This document shows, piece by piece, positions 18,338 to 27,348 of a DNA stretch of 64,000 nucleotides (position 1 is the stretch's first letter; each line of letters starts with the position of its first letter). The notes under the pieces are model-generated. The model ran no database searches and was not told where the DNA came from. It saw only the letters and a list, made by a program, of their open reading frames with translations. A program made the position numbers and the translations under genes. Source of the DNA: Candidatus Anstonella stagnisolia (GTDB taxonomy: Archaea > Micrarchaeota > Micrarchaeia > Anstonellales > Anstonellaceae); the NCBI GenBank assembly GCA_902384585.1, contig CABMCJ010000002.1, forward strand, positions 15,062 to 79,061, in the 5' to 3' direction.

Positions 18338-18377
18338 ATTATGTTTTATTATGGAATATTATTAAACATTATGTTTT
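18338..18377 (-). promoter_or_regulatory. Direct repeats in the toxin-antitoxin promoter (candidate operator)
   Basis: ATTATGTTTT occurs at 18338-18347 and again at 18368-18377, exactly 30 nt apart. Shorter ATTATG copies lie at 18348 and 18384. The repeats sit 11-60 nt upstream of the antitoxin ATG (18327) and flank an A/T-rich TATA-like stretch. Confidence 0.4.
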
Positions 18378-18435
18378 CTAACAATTATGAGGCATGCTGG
18401 GCATATGGGGGAAGAAAGAAAAATAGGGGCTTGTT

Positions 18436-19836
18436 TTACCTTTTTGAAGCGAATGCAAAGAGCGCAACAAGTGAGATAAAGCCTATTGGGAGCGCGCATC
18501 CTGAGGAGGGTGCGCTTGGGCTTTTTCCCTCAAGGGATGCCTGCACTATTTGCTTGTCAAGGGAGGAGTCAAGGGCTGAGACCTCTGCGCGCATTGCGGA
18601 TATGGAGGAGGCATCGGGCTTTCCGGCAAGCTTCCCCTTTATTATGCTCAGGTTGAGCGAGTACGGGCCCAGCGTGCCATTGCCAAGCGTTGCGCTGCTT
18701 TTCTGTATCTTAACGTCAAGCTCGTCCACGCTTTTTTGCAAGGCGGCGGCGTTGGAGGAGGATGCGGTGATGAGGGTGCGTATGCTTGTTGCCTCGCTTG
18801 AAAATTCAGCCGAGCGCGAAAGCGAGAGATGGATGTAGCCTGCATCGCCCTGCACGCCTATGCTTTGGGAAAGGTTTGTGAGGGATGCGATGCGCTTGCC
18901 TATTGAATCGTCTTTTGCAGGCAGATTGGAATAGTCGCGCTGCAAGGAAGAAAGCTCGGATGCCATGCTGCCCTTGAATGCCGCGAGCTTTGCCGCGCGC
19001 GTATCAACGTAAGCCTGCGTATCCGTTGAGCGGGCGAGCAAATCCGATGCGCGCTGCGCCTGCTGCCCAAGGGGCGCAAGCGCGGATTTGAGGGAAACAA
19101 AAGAGGAGCGCATCGAGAGCAGGGAGGGCACAGAGTAGTCTATTTTTGCGCACCATTCAAAGCAGCGGCGCGTCCCGTTCCTGCATCCGTCATCCGTGCG
19201 GTTTAGGAAAAGCGGGTTTTGGGAAATGTTGTTTGCGGAAAGCAGGATGGAATCAAGGGTGCTTAATTTTGAGTCTATTGCGCTTCCGCCGTCTTTTATG
19301 GAATCAATGCCTGCGGTGAATGAGGAAAGGGATGCGTCAAATTTTTTCTTTTCGTTTGTCCATGCAAGGATGGATTCCCATGAGCCGTCAGCATAGAGAA
19401 GGCCGCTCTGGCAAAGCGGGGAGGACATGCATGCGAGTATGCATGAGTCCTTGTTGGTGCATTCGTGCATGTCCGAGCCTGTGCTTTGCATGCACTTTAG
19501 TTCGGTTGCATCGTTTGCAGCCTGCGCCTTTGCCTCAAGCGCCTTTGCATCCGCAAGCGTGCTTGCGAAATTTGCGCGGGAGTATAGGTCTTCAATAAGT
19601 ATTTGCTTTATTTTTTCCTTGTCAAGCACGGGCGAACCTGCCGTGTTGTCAAATACGAAAGTTTCAGTGCCATCAACTATAATGAGGGAGTAGGAGCCTG
19701 AGGATGCGCCAAGCGCGCCCTGCGAAACCTTTTGGTCCGGCTCAAAGGTTGCGGAAATGAAGTTCGAAACCGTGGCTGCCGAGCAAATGGAAAAAAGTGC
19801 AAGTGCAAAAATAAGCGTGCGCGCAAGTCCTTTCAT
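18436..19836 (-). CDS. Secreted, C-terminally anchored protein, member 3 of the Cys-motif paralogue family
   Basis: Signal peptide from ATG 19836 (MKGLARTLIFALALFSICSAA). Cys module CMQSTGSDMHECTNKDSCILACMSSPLC, a second Cys pair (DGCRNGTRRCFEWC), a long Ser/Ala/Leu helical region, and C-terminal SSGCALPIGFISLVALFAFASKR. Confidence 0.65.
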   Translation of the reverse strand: MKGLARTLIFALALFSICSAATVSNFISATFEPDQKVSQGALGASSGSYSLIIVDGTETFVFDNTAGSPVLDKEKIKQILIEDLYSRANFASTLADAKALEAKAQAANDATELKCMQSTGSDMHECTNKDSCILACMSSPLCQSGLLYADGSWESILAWTNEKKKFDASLSSFTAGIDSIKDGGSAIDSKLSTLDSILLSANNISQNPLFLNRTDDGCRNGTRRCFEWCAKIDYSVPSLLSMRSSFVSLKSALAPLGQQAQRASDLLARSTDTQAYVDTRAAKLAAFKGSMASELSSLQRDYSNLPAKDDSIGKRIASLTNLSQSIGVQGDAGYIHLSLSRSAEFSSEATSIRTLITASSSNAAALQKSVDELDVKIQKSSATLGNGTLGPYSLNLSIIKGKLAGKPDASSISAMRAEVSALDSSLDKQIVQASLEGKSPSAPSSGCALPIGFISLVALFAFASKR

Positions 19837-19900
19837 GTAATCCACCCCGAAATGGGTTTTTGGGACAAGATTTATAATGAATATCGGGCAATAGGGGGAC

Positions 19901-20629
19901 ATGAAAGAAAGCCTTCTCGACCTCACAATAAAATCCTACGCGGAAAATGCGAACCTCATATTGTTCTTTGCCATTCCGGCATTGTTTGCATTCGTGATTC
20001 CGGTGCTTGTTGGGACCCCCACGTACAATGCACTCGGCGGGATATACCTGAGAACGGGCAGCATACCTGACCTGAGCGAATTCAGCCTTGGGGTGATGGT
20101 GGTTGCGCTCCTTGTTTCCCTGTACCTTCTTTCCTTTGCGATTGTGAACATCAACATCGTGGTGAAATCCCAGAGGACAAACACGAGCATAAAGACAGAG
20201 GTGCTCAAGGGAATTACGACTTACACAGTGAACGTGTTCTGGATATTGCTTGTTGCGCAAATGGTGCTGCTCATTGTGCAGCTTCTCACTTATGGGATGC
20301 CAGCTCAGCAGATAATTGCGCCGCTTCTCTCGCTTTTGATTTCAATACCAATCCTCTTTGCACCCGCAGCGCTCGTAATTGACGGATTGCGCCCATGGCG
20401 CGCGCTTGAGAAATCAGTTGAGATTACATTCTCAAAACTGCATTATGTCGCTCTCTGGGTTGTGCTTTCACTTATTGTACTCTCTGTTGTGGACGGGCTT
20501 TCCCTCTTCCTCCTTCCGCAGGGGATTGGGACGTGGGTTGCGGTTGTCCTCAACGCACTTGTGCTCATGCCCTTCCTTATTGTGATGCTTGCGCAGATTT
20601 ACATGAGCAAGTACACCATTATCTCTTAG
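19901..20629 (+). CDS. Polytopic membrane protein, unknown function
   Basis: 242 aa with about six hydrophobic helices. No recognisable motif. Confidence 0.55.
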   Translation: MKESLLDLTIKSYAENANLILFFAIPALFAFVIPVLVGTPTYNALGGIYLRTGSIPDLSEFSLGVMVVALLVSLYLLSFAIVNINIVVKSQRTNTSIKTEVLKGITTYTVNVFWILLVAQMVLLIVQLLTYGMPAQQIIAPLLSLLISIPILFAPAALVIDGLRPWRALEKSVEITFSKLHYVALWVVLSLIVLSVVDGLSLFLLPQGIGTWVAVVLNALVLMPFLIVMLAQIYMSKYTIIS

Positions 20630-20695
20630 ATTGCGCAAAAGCCACTGGAAAGTTGCTTGCGTCGTGTTTTAAAAGAGAAGCACGCATATTTTCCC

Positions 20696-21469
20696 ATGCT
20701 GCACATAGTGAATTTCTTTCCCAAGCTAAAGGAAGCGCCTTCGCTTTTTGTTGAGCAGAACGGCGAGCACGAGAAAATTGAGATTTCGGGAAAGAAGGTG
20801 ATGAGCTTTTCTTCCCTTAAGGCATGCACTGGGTATGGGGGGCGCGACGGGCAGCTCACGTGCATGAACCGTGCGATAAATACAAGGCAGTGCCCGACCT
20901 GCTCGTACCTTGACAAGAGCCGCGCATTCACGGTTGGGGATTTTTCCCTTTATCCGGAACTTTATGAAGAGTGCAAGAAGCAGGAATACTCTATTTATGT
21001 TGCAGGGTTTGGGCAGGACATAAAGAAATGCGGCATCACGAGAAAGGAAAGGCTTCTTGAGAGATGGGTGGAGCAGGGGGCGGACTTTGCCGCGGAGATT
21101 GGAGTTTTCTTGGGGCCTGATGAGGTGTATTCTGTTGAGGAAATGGTGCAGAACCAGTTCGGGCTTTCAAATGCGGTGAGGGTGGACTCCAAAATGCGAA
21201 GGCTTGAGTTTGATTATGGGAAAGCAAAACTTGGGTTTGAGCAAATGCTTGCAAGCATTGTGGAGAGCGGGTTGCTTTCTGAGAATGCAGGGGAGAACAA
21301 GGTGCGGGAGATGCGCGAATATTATCCGGACGTGAAGGGAGCAAGTGCGAGTGAGGAAATAAACGGGGAGGTTAAAGGCGCAAAGGGGCAGCTCCTATTT
21401 TACGAGAAAAATGGTAAGAAATTCGTTGTGAACATGCGGGATAAAATTTCAAGGTATGTTGAAGAGTGA
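20696..21469 (+). CDS. Hypothetical Cys-cluster protein (possibly DUF2797-like)
   Basis: CTGYGGRDGQLTCMN...CPTC followed by YSIYVAGFGQDIKKCGITRKERLLERWVEQGA. ATG 20696 is preferred over TTG 20657 because TTTTAAAAG lies about 25 nt upstream, which would make the transcript leaderless. The family assignment is from memory only. Confidence 0.5.
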   Translation: MLHIVNFFPKLKEAPSLFVEQNGEHEKIEISGKKVMSFSSLKACTGYGGRDGQLTCMNRAINTRQCPTCSYLDKSRAFTVGDFSLYPELYEECKKQEYSIYVAGFGQDIKKCGITRKERLLERWVEQGADFAAEIGVFLGPDEVYSVEEMVQNQFGLSNAVRVDSKMRRLEFDYGKAKLGFEQMLASIVESGLLSENAGENKVREMREYYPDVKGASASEEINGEVKGAKGQLLFYEKNGKKFVVNMRDKISRYVEE

Positions 21470-21470
21470 G

Positions 21471-22220
21471 CTATTTCTTTTTCTTTGTCGGTTTCGCTGA
21501 AGGCGTTGCCTCAAAGATTTTCTCAAAATTCTTCTTGAATGCGCGCGCAAGCTCGCTGTTTTTTATGAAAATTGTTACTGACTCGTCGCCCTGGAGCACG
21601 AAAAGCACGAGCCTGTCCGCATAAGTCCAGTACACGCCTGCGGAAAGCGAAGAGGGGTCTATGAACTTTATTTCTGCCAGGGGCATCTGGGGTGCAAATT
21701 CCCTGGCGTAGGGCACGTCCAGCAAAAGGTATTTTGTGCGTATTCCCAGGTGCTTTCTCTTGTCGTTGAAAAGGCGGAAGAATTTCGGCATGTATTCAAA
21801 GAACTGCAGTTGCCCGTGGTACACATAAAACTCCTGCCTTTGTGCAAGCACGTCTTCAAGCACCATTTTTATGCCCGCTTTCCCGTAGAGCACAGATACG
21901 GAGGTTTTTTCCTGTGCCTCAAAGGAGCGCGAGAGGAGCGGGAGAATTTTCTCCACTGAATCGCGCTTCTCGTCGAGGAACATGAGGAGGGAGGATGGGG
22001 GAGAGGGAGTAAACGTAAGCACTCCCCCCACCTGCGCCTTGCCTACCATGCCCTTTTTTTCCAGCTGTGCAAGGGTATCGTACACAGTCCTCCGTTGCAG
22101 ATTCGTCTTTAGCGCGAGCTCGTTTGCCTTCATCCTGCCTCCCCTTGCGAGGATGAGGTAGAGCTTTGCCTCGTTGGGAGACAACCCAAGCCCTTCCAAT
22201 ATCGGGAGTTCGTCCGCCAT
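21471..22220 (-). CDS. trmB: TrmB-family transcriptional regulator
   Basis: The N-terminal winged HTH LGLSPNEAKLYLILARGGRMKANELALKTNLQRRTVYDTLAQLEKKGMV is typical of TrmB. The start was trimmed to ATG 22220, because the 94-aa upstream extension in the track is low-quality sequence overlapping the divergent gene. Confidence 0.8.
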   Translation of the reverse strand: MADELPILEGLGLSPNEAKLYLILARGGRMKANELALKTNLQRRTVYDTLAQLEKKGMVGKAQVGGVLTFTPSPPSSLLMFLDEKRDSVEKILPLLSRSFEAQEKTSVSVLYGKAGIKMVLEDVLAQRQEFYVYHGQLQFFEYMPKFFRLFNDKRKHLGIRTKYLLLDVPYAREFAPQMPLAEIKFIDPSSLSAGVYWTYADRLVLFVLQGDESVTIFIKNSELARAFKKNFEKIFEATPSAKPTKKKK

Positions 22221-22231
22221 ATTCTCACTTT

Positions 22232-22253
22232 TGTGGTGTTTTAACTCACCACA
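22232..22253. promoter_or_regulatory. Palindrome in the trmB divergent intergenic region (candidate operator)
   Basis: TGTGGTG-N8-CACCACA at 22232-22238 / 22247-22253, immediately followed by ATAAATATATATGTATA (TATA-like). A third half-site TGTGGT lies at 22273-22278. Confidence 0.4.
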
Positions 22254-22299
22254 TAAATATATATGTATAGGTTGTGGTAATATAGACAGAGGTGTGAAA

Positions 22300-23499
22300 A
22301 TGGAAACAGAAAACAAACCAGCAGAAACGTTAACTGCGGAAGAAATTCGCATGAGCTTGAAACCATTAAGCGCATACGAACTGATTACAAAAGAAGTGAT
22401 GGGGCGGGCACACAATGAAACTGACAATATGCGCAAGAGGTATTCCATAATAGAATTAGAAAGCAGGGAATTGACCACTACAGAACGGGCAATATTCTTC
22501 AATCAATTGTTCAATCTTCTGAAATTTGACATGATTGACAAAGACACTGCGTTCACTGCAGTATGGGCGTATAGCATTTGTTGCCCTAAGTCTGCGTCTC
22601 CTGATGAAGTTAATAAAATTGCAGGGATGCTCCTTGAAATATCAAAGAATTATCCTGATGCAGATATTCGCCGCACTGCTGAAGAGATATCTGATAAAGT
22701 AAAGGCCGAACATCCGCCTGCATTGAAGCATCCGTGGTATCTGCGTTTATTGGGGGGGACCAAGACAAAAGTAGCTGCCACTGCCGCACTAGCTACCATT
22801 CTGGGCGCTTTGGCACTTGCTCCTAGGGTGGGTGCGCAGGTGGGCAACTACCCAAACTTTACTGATGCTGGTACGCACGGGAATCCTGCGGTATTTACGC
22901 AGTATGGGAACTGGGCGCTTGTCGGGGCAAGTGCGGGCAGGGATGGGGTGAATGGAATGAACGTGCAGGTTACCCAGCAGGTTAAGGGCGTGCAATTCAA
23001 TGCAATGCTTAGCTCAAACGGCACAAAAGAAACGCACATGGTAAATGCGGGCATGATGTTCGGGGAAAACGTTGCGGCTGGAGTTGCAATTAAGCCGGAC
23101 AAAAATGCCTCTTTTGGGGTGCTTGGGATTGCAAGGCAGGATAGCGGGAGAACCCTTGAGCGCTGCTCTTTTGAAACAGACGTGAAAACGCATGCGTCTT
23201 CGGCTGCTGCAGAGGCAAGGAGGATGATTAGGGATAAAATAGAGGCAACCGTGTCCGGGAAAGTGGAAGTGGATAGCAGCGGAAATGTTACAAACAGGGC
23301 AGTTGGAGCGCAGGCAAAATACAAGACACTGCTCTTTTCTGCTGGCGTTGGCGGGAAAGACGACTGGAAAACGGTGAAATTGCACGCGCGCAAATGGGCG
23401 GCGGACAAGAAGGCATTTGTGGACTTCCAGCTCAAAGCGCCAAATGGAAACTTCAAAAAACCGGCTGCAAGCATAGGGTTTGTGAAAATGCTGAATTAA
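22300..23499 (+). CDS. Hypothetical single-TM protein with a Gly/Ala/Asn-rich C-terminal domain
   Basis: ATG 22300 (METENKPAETL). About 150-aa helical N-domain, one TM (KVAATAALATILGALALAP), then about 230 aa rich in G/A/N/V/K. The first 500 nt or so use noticeably more A/T-ending codons than neighbouring genes. Confidence 0.55.
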   Translation: METENKPAETLTAEEIRMSLKPLSAYELITKEVMGRAHNETDNMRKRYSIIELESRELTTTERAIFFNQLFNLLKFDMIDKDTAFTAVWAYSICCPKSASPDEVNKIAGMLLEISKNYPDADIRRTAEEISDKVKAEHPPALKHPWYLRLLGGTKTKVAATAALATILGALALAPRVGAQVGNYPNFTDAGTHGNPAVFTQYGNWALVGASAGRDGVNGMNVQVTQQVKGVQFNAMLSSNGTKETHMVNAGMMFGENVAAGVAIKPDKNASFGVLGIARQDSGRTLERCSFETDVKTHASSAAAEARRMIRDKIEATVSGKVEVDSSGNVTNRAVGAQAKYKTLLFSAGVGGKDDWKTVKLHARKWAADKKAFVDFQLKAPNGNFKKPAASIGFVKMLN

Positions 23500-23522
23500 A
23501 TTGGCGCAGGGAAATACGGGCG

Positions 23523-24281
23523 CTATCTTACGGGCTCGTATTTCTTGAACGACTTGCCCATTATGTGCGTGCGGAAGAAGTTTGCGGTGTGGAATGCGAG
23601 GTATTTGGGATAGCCCCATTTGCGCACGCGGCGCATTGAGAAGAGCACGCGCGCGTGGGGCACGTATTCTGTGGCGCCCGTGCAGCGTATGCGCTTCATT
23701 ATGTCGGTATCTTCGGCGGTTATGAGGTTCACGTTGAAGCCGCCTATCTGGTCAAATGCCTTTCTCTTGAACGCCATGTTGTTCCCGTACACGTAAATGC
23801 AGCCAAGCGCGTTGAGCACGCCGGTGAGGGGGTTCATGAGCAGGCATATGAAATCGTCAAAGGGGGTGCCGTCAAAGGGCATGAGGCTGCCGAAAGTTGC
23901 GGAAACCTTCTTGTCCGCAAAGGGCGCGCATAGGCGCGTGAGCCAGTCCGCGGGCGCGATTGTATCCGCATCCGTGTACACGAGTATTTTCCCCGACGCG
24001 ACGCTTGCGCCTGCCTGCCTTCCCGCCGCGATTGTGCGCGAATGCTCTATCACTATTTTGTCCGCGTATTTCTTTGCGATTTCGCGCGTGCGGTCGGTTG
24101 AATATCCGTCCGCGACTATTATTTCATACGAGCAGAAATACCTCTGCTTGGAAAGCGCGTTCAGGCACGTCTCTATGTAGTGCTCCTCGTTGAGCGCAGG
24201 GACTATTATGGAGATGTCGACCTGCTTTTTTGCGCCCTTTCTCACGTATGCGAGCACGGATTTCTTTTGCCTCTTAGCCAT
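23523..24281 (-). CDS. Family 2 glycosyltransferase
   Basis: From ATG 24281: DISIIVPALNEEHYIETCLNALSKQ...YEIIVADGYSTDRTREIAKK...LVYTDADT (DxD). The 77-aa upstream extension in the track was rejected. Confidence 0.8.
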   Translation of the reverse strand: MAKRQKKSVLAYVRKGAKKQVDISIIVPALNEEHYIETCLNALSKQRYFCSYEIIVADGYSTDRTREIAKKYADKIVIEHSRTIAAGRQAGASVASGKILVYTDADTIAPADWLTRLCAPFADKKVSATFGSLMPFDGTPFDDFICLLMNPLTGVLNALGCIYVYGNNMAFKRKAFDQIGGFNVNLITAEDTDIMKRIRCTGATEYVPHARVLFSMRRVRKWGYPKYLAFHTANFFRTHIMGKSFKKYEPVR

Positions 24282-24377
24282 ACTACCACGATACTGGGAA
24301 AGGCGTGTGCAACTTTTATAAACGGCTATTGTGGCTGGAACGTGAAGCTTTTTCTTTTTTGTTATGGAAGGATTTCC

Positions 24378-25208
24378 ATGAAAGCTCAGGGTGCGACGGA
24401 ATATTTGGTGACCATAGGAGTAGTGCTTGTGATAGCACTCGTTTGCGTCGCACTTCTGACCTGGCCGGTTGAGACTACAAATGATGCGAAAACGCAGCAG
24501 GCCGATGTTCATTATAAGATAGCGGAAATAGGCTCGCAGACAGAAGGATACCCGGAACTTGTGCAGGGATTGATTGGATACTGGAAATTTGAAGAGGGAA
24601 GCGGCATAAACGCAACGGACAGCAGGGGCGGGAATACGGGGAATTTGACAAATGCGGCATGGGTAAGTGGAAAAAGCGGTACTGCACTGGATCTTGACGG
24701 CTTGGTTTCCACGGTGCCAACATCCTTGGCATCGAATGCGGATTTCCAGAACGGGTTCACTGTTTCCGCGTGGATTTATCCAAGAAGCGTTGGGGAAGGC
24801 TCGGGAACATACAATTGGGGCACAATAGTAAACAAGGCATCAAGCTCCAACGGGCTTAATGGATTTATGTATTGTTTTGGGATAAATGGGAATTTGGTGC
24901 TCGAGGTGAATGGGGATACGAGGAGGCTGTCAGCTATTGTTCCAATGGACAAATGGACCCACGTTGCGGTAACTGTCAGTTCCGATGCAATTGTAACCCA
25001 TTATGTCAATGGGGCAGTGTCGGGAACTCCCGGAGCTACCGGCGCCTTGTCAGGCATCACAACTTCCAACCCCCTGACAATAGGAAACCGCGCAGCCACA
25101 ACCGTTGCTACCTTCAACGGCACAATAGATGAGGTAATGGTTTTCAACCGCGCGCTTTCAGCGGATGAAATCCGCCTTCTCTACGAAAACCCAGGGTATC
25201 CGCAATAG
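24378..25208 (+). CDS. Pilin-like protein (class III signal peptide) with LamG/ConA-like lectin domain, copy 1
   Basis: [27 protein letters not shown] fits the archaeal prepilin pattern: K-A|Q, Glu at +5, and a hydrophobic helix. GLIGYWKFEEGSG...ALDLDG...GFTVSAWIYP...[29 protein letters not shown] matches Laminin_G_3-type domains. Confidence 0.7.
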   Translation: MKAQGATEYLVTIGVVLVIALVCVALLTWPVETTNDAKTQQADVHYKIAEIGSQTEGYPELVQGLIGYWKFEEGSGINATDSRGGNTGNLTNAAWVSGKSGTALDLDGLVSTVPTSLASNADFQNGFTVSAWIYPRSVGEGSGTYNWGTIVNKASSSNGLNGFMYCFGINGNLVLEVNGDTRRLSAIVPMDKWTHVAVTVSSDAIVTHYVNGAVSGTPGATGALSGITTSNPLTIGNRAATTVATFNGTIDEVMVFNRALSADEIRLLYENPGYPQ

Positions 25209-25260
25209 GTTGCCTTTGGCACTTGTTATGCAAAGCGATTAAAAGTTTCAATTCGTATAA

Positions 25261-26454
25261 ATGCATCGTATGGACGAGTTTGACGTTGTTGTGATAGGGT
25301 CTGGGCCTGGTGGCACGCTTGCGGCGCTCAAGAGCGCGCAGTACGGGCTTAAGGTCGCGGTAGTGGAAGAGCACCCGATAATAGGCGAGCCTGTGCACTG
25401 CGGGGAATGCCTTTCTTCGCTTGCGCTAAAGAGGATGGAACTTGAGCTTCCAAAAGAGGCTATTGCTGCGGAAGTAAAGGGAGTTCGCATAGTATTTCCC
25501 AACAATACGCAAACTGTTGCGTATGAGGGAGGGTATGTGCTGCACAAGCAGATTTTTGAGCAGCATATCGCGACACTTGCGCACCAGAACGGGGCGCGCT
25601 TTGAGCTTGGGGTGCGTGCAAACGAAGTGGAGAGGCGCGCAAGCGGCGGATGGCTTGTGAAAACGAGCAAAGGGGAACTCGCGGCAAAAGTGCTCATAGA
25701 TGCAAGCGGGTACATGGGATTTCTTCTTAGGAAATTGCAGCTTGGAAACATGCACCAGATTGCAAGCGGAATACAGTTTGAAATTGAGGATATTCCGCAG
25801 GAGGGGCTGTTGGACTTTTACATCTGGCCCGAATACGCGCCTGAGGGATATCTTTGGATGATACCGAAAGCGAATGGGAGCGCGAACGTTGGGCTCTCCG
25901 CAAAGGCAAAAGACAGGGCGAGTTTCAATGCTGGCGCAAAGCTCAAGGAATTCGTAAAGAAAATGGGATGGGAAGGGAAAAAAATAAAGAGGACGTTTGG
26001 GGGCGCGATTGTTGTATCAGGGCCTGCTGCAAAAACTTATGCGGGCGGCGCGCTTCTCATAGGGGATGCCGCTGGGTTTACTTCGCCGCTCTTTGAAGGC
26101 GGGACGCAGCTTGCAATGACAAGCGGGAAAATGGCTGCAGAAGTTGCAATGAAGGCAATAAGTGCAGGAAACTATTCGGAAGAGTTCTTTTCGCAGTACG
26201 AGGGGATGTGGAAAAAGGAATTCCCTGCGTACGGGAAAATTATTAGGGGAAAGAATGCTCTCTATGCGCTTACGGATGCGGAACTTGGGCAAATTGGAAG
26301 CGTGCTGCCTGTGGACATAAGCTCTGTGCCGCCGCTCACTGCGATTAAAATTGGGATGAATGTTGCGCTCAAGAATCCGGCACTTTTTGGAAAGGGGTTC
26401 GTTTCAGCTATGAAGGCGTTTGAATATTCAAGGGCGGAACATTACGGATGGTAG
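25261..26454 (+). CDS. Geranylgeranyl reductase family flavoprotein (archaeal lipid saturation)
   Basis: FDVVVIGSGPGGTLAALKSAQYGLKVAVVEE (FAD dinucleotide fold), LIGDAAGF, about 395 aa, consistent with digeranylgeranylglycerophospholipid reductase-like enzymes. Confidence 0.85.
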   Translation: MHRMDEFDVVVIGSGPGGTLAALKSAQYGLKVAVVEEHPIIGEPVHCGECLSSLALKRMELELPKEAIAAEVKGVRIVFPNNTQTVAYEGGYVLHKQIFEQHIATLAHQNGARFELGVRANEVERRASGGWLVKTSKGELAAKVLIDASGYMGFLLRKLQLGNMHQIASGIQFEIEDIPQEGLLDFYIWPEYAPEGYLWMIPKANGSANVGLSAKAKDRASFNAGAKLKEFVKKMGWEGKKIKRTFGGAIVVSGPAAKTYAGGALLIGDAAGFTSPLFEGGTQLAMTSGKMAAEVAMKAISAGNYSEEFFSQYEGMWKKEFPAYGKIIRGKNALYALTDAELGQIGSVLPVDISSVPPLTAIKIGMNVALKNPALFGKGFVSAMKAFEYSRAEHYGW

Positions 26455-26496
26455 GCACAGCCAAACCTTTTTCTTGTTTGTTATGGAAGAATTTGC

Positions 26497-27303
26497 ATGA
26501 AAGCGCAAGGGGCAACTGAATATCTGGTCGTTTTAGGGGCAATACTTTTCGTGGCGCTTATGGTGGCTGTGGTGCTCTTCTGGCCAACGGGCAGCACAAA
26601 AGATGTAAGGGCATCCCAGGCAGGCATCAAATCCGGGATTGGGAAAATAGCATGCGAGGATTTGACAAAAGGGCTGGTGGGATATTATAAGTTTGATGAT
26701 GTGCCGGGCGCAACAAGAAGCAGCATTGAGGGCATGCCTGATGCTGTTTTTGTGAGCGGGGCAACAATTGCAGACGGGATTCGGGGCAAGGCGGCTTCCC
26801 TTGACGGCATCAATGATTATGCCACAATAAGCGGCATGAACGTGAACACTGCCGCGGGCGAGAAAAATACGGTTGCGTTCTGGATGAACTGGGGCGGGGG
26901 CACGGGCGAAATGCCTTTCAGCTGGGCTGCAAGTTATGACCTGTACTTTCGGTCAGGGACTAATTGCTTTGGGTTCAACACGGGCAACAGCGACAGCATA
27001 GGGGTTGAGTTCCCTGCAGCAAACTACTCGAACCAGTGGGTGCACGTTGCTGCAATTTTTTACAACGGGGTGCCGGATGAGAATAATACCGAGCTTTGGA
27101 TTAACGGTGTAAAACAGGGCAGTTACTATTGCTATGGCACTACGTCGCTAAGCAAAAGCGCAACAACCTCCGCATACATTGGCAGGTACGGCACCTCAAG
27201 CAGCTACAGCTTTGGCGGCAAGATAGATGACTTGCACATATACGACCGCGCGCTTTCGGCATCTGAAATAGAGCAGCTCTATGAGAATCCAGGCTGCCCG
27301 TAG
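26497..27303 (+). CDS. Pilin-like protein with LamG lectin domain, copy 2
   Basis: [38 protein letters not shown]...ASLDGINDYATI...NTVAFWMNW...GKIDDLHIYDRALSASEIEQLYENPGCP. Confidence 0.7.
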   Translation: MKAQGATEYLVVLGAILFVALMVAVVLFWPTGSTKDVRASQAGIKSGIGKIACEDLTKGLVGYYKFDDVPGATRSSIEGMPDAVFVSGATIADGIRGKAASLDGINDYATISGMNVNTAAGEKNTVAFWMNWGGGTGEMPFSWAASYDLYFRSGTNCFGFNTGNSDSIGVEFPAANYSNQWVHVAAIFYNGVPDENNTELWINGVKQGSYYCYGTTSLSKSATTSAYIGRYGTSSSYSFGGKIDDLHIYDRALSASEIEQLYENPGCP

Positions 27304-27348
27304 GGAACGGCACAAACCTTTTTCTTGTTTGCGAGAGGAGAATTTTCC

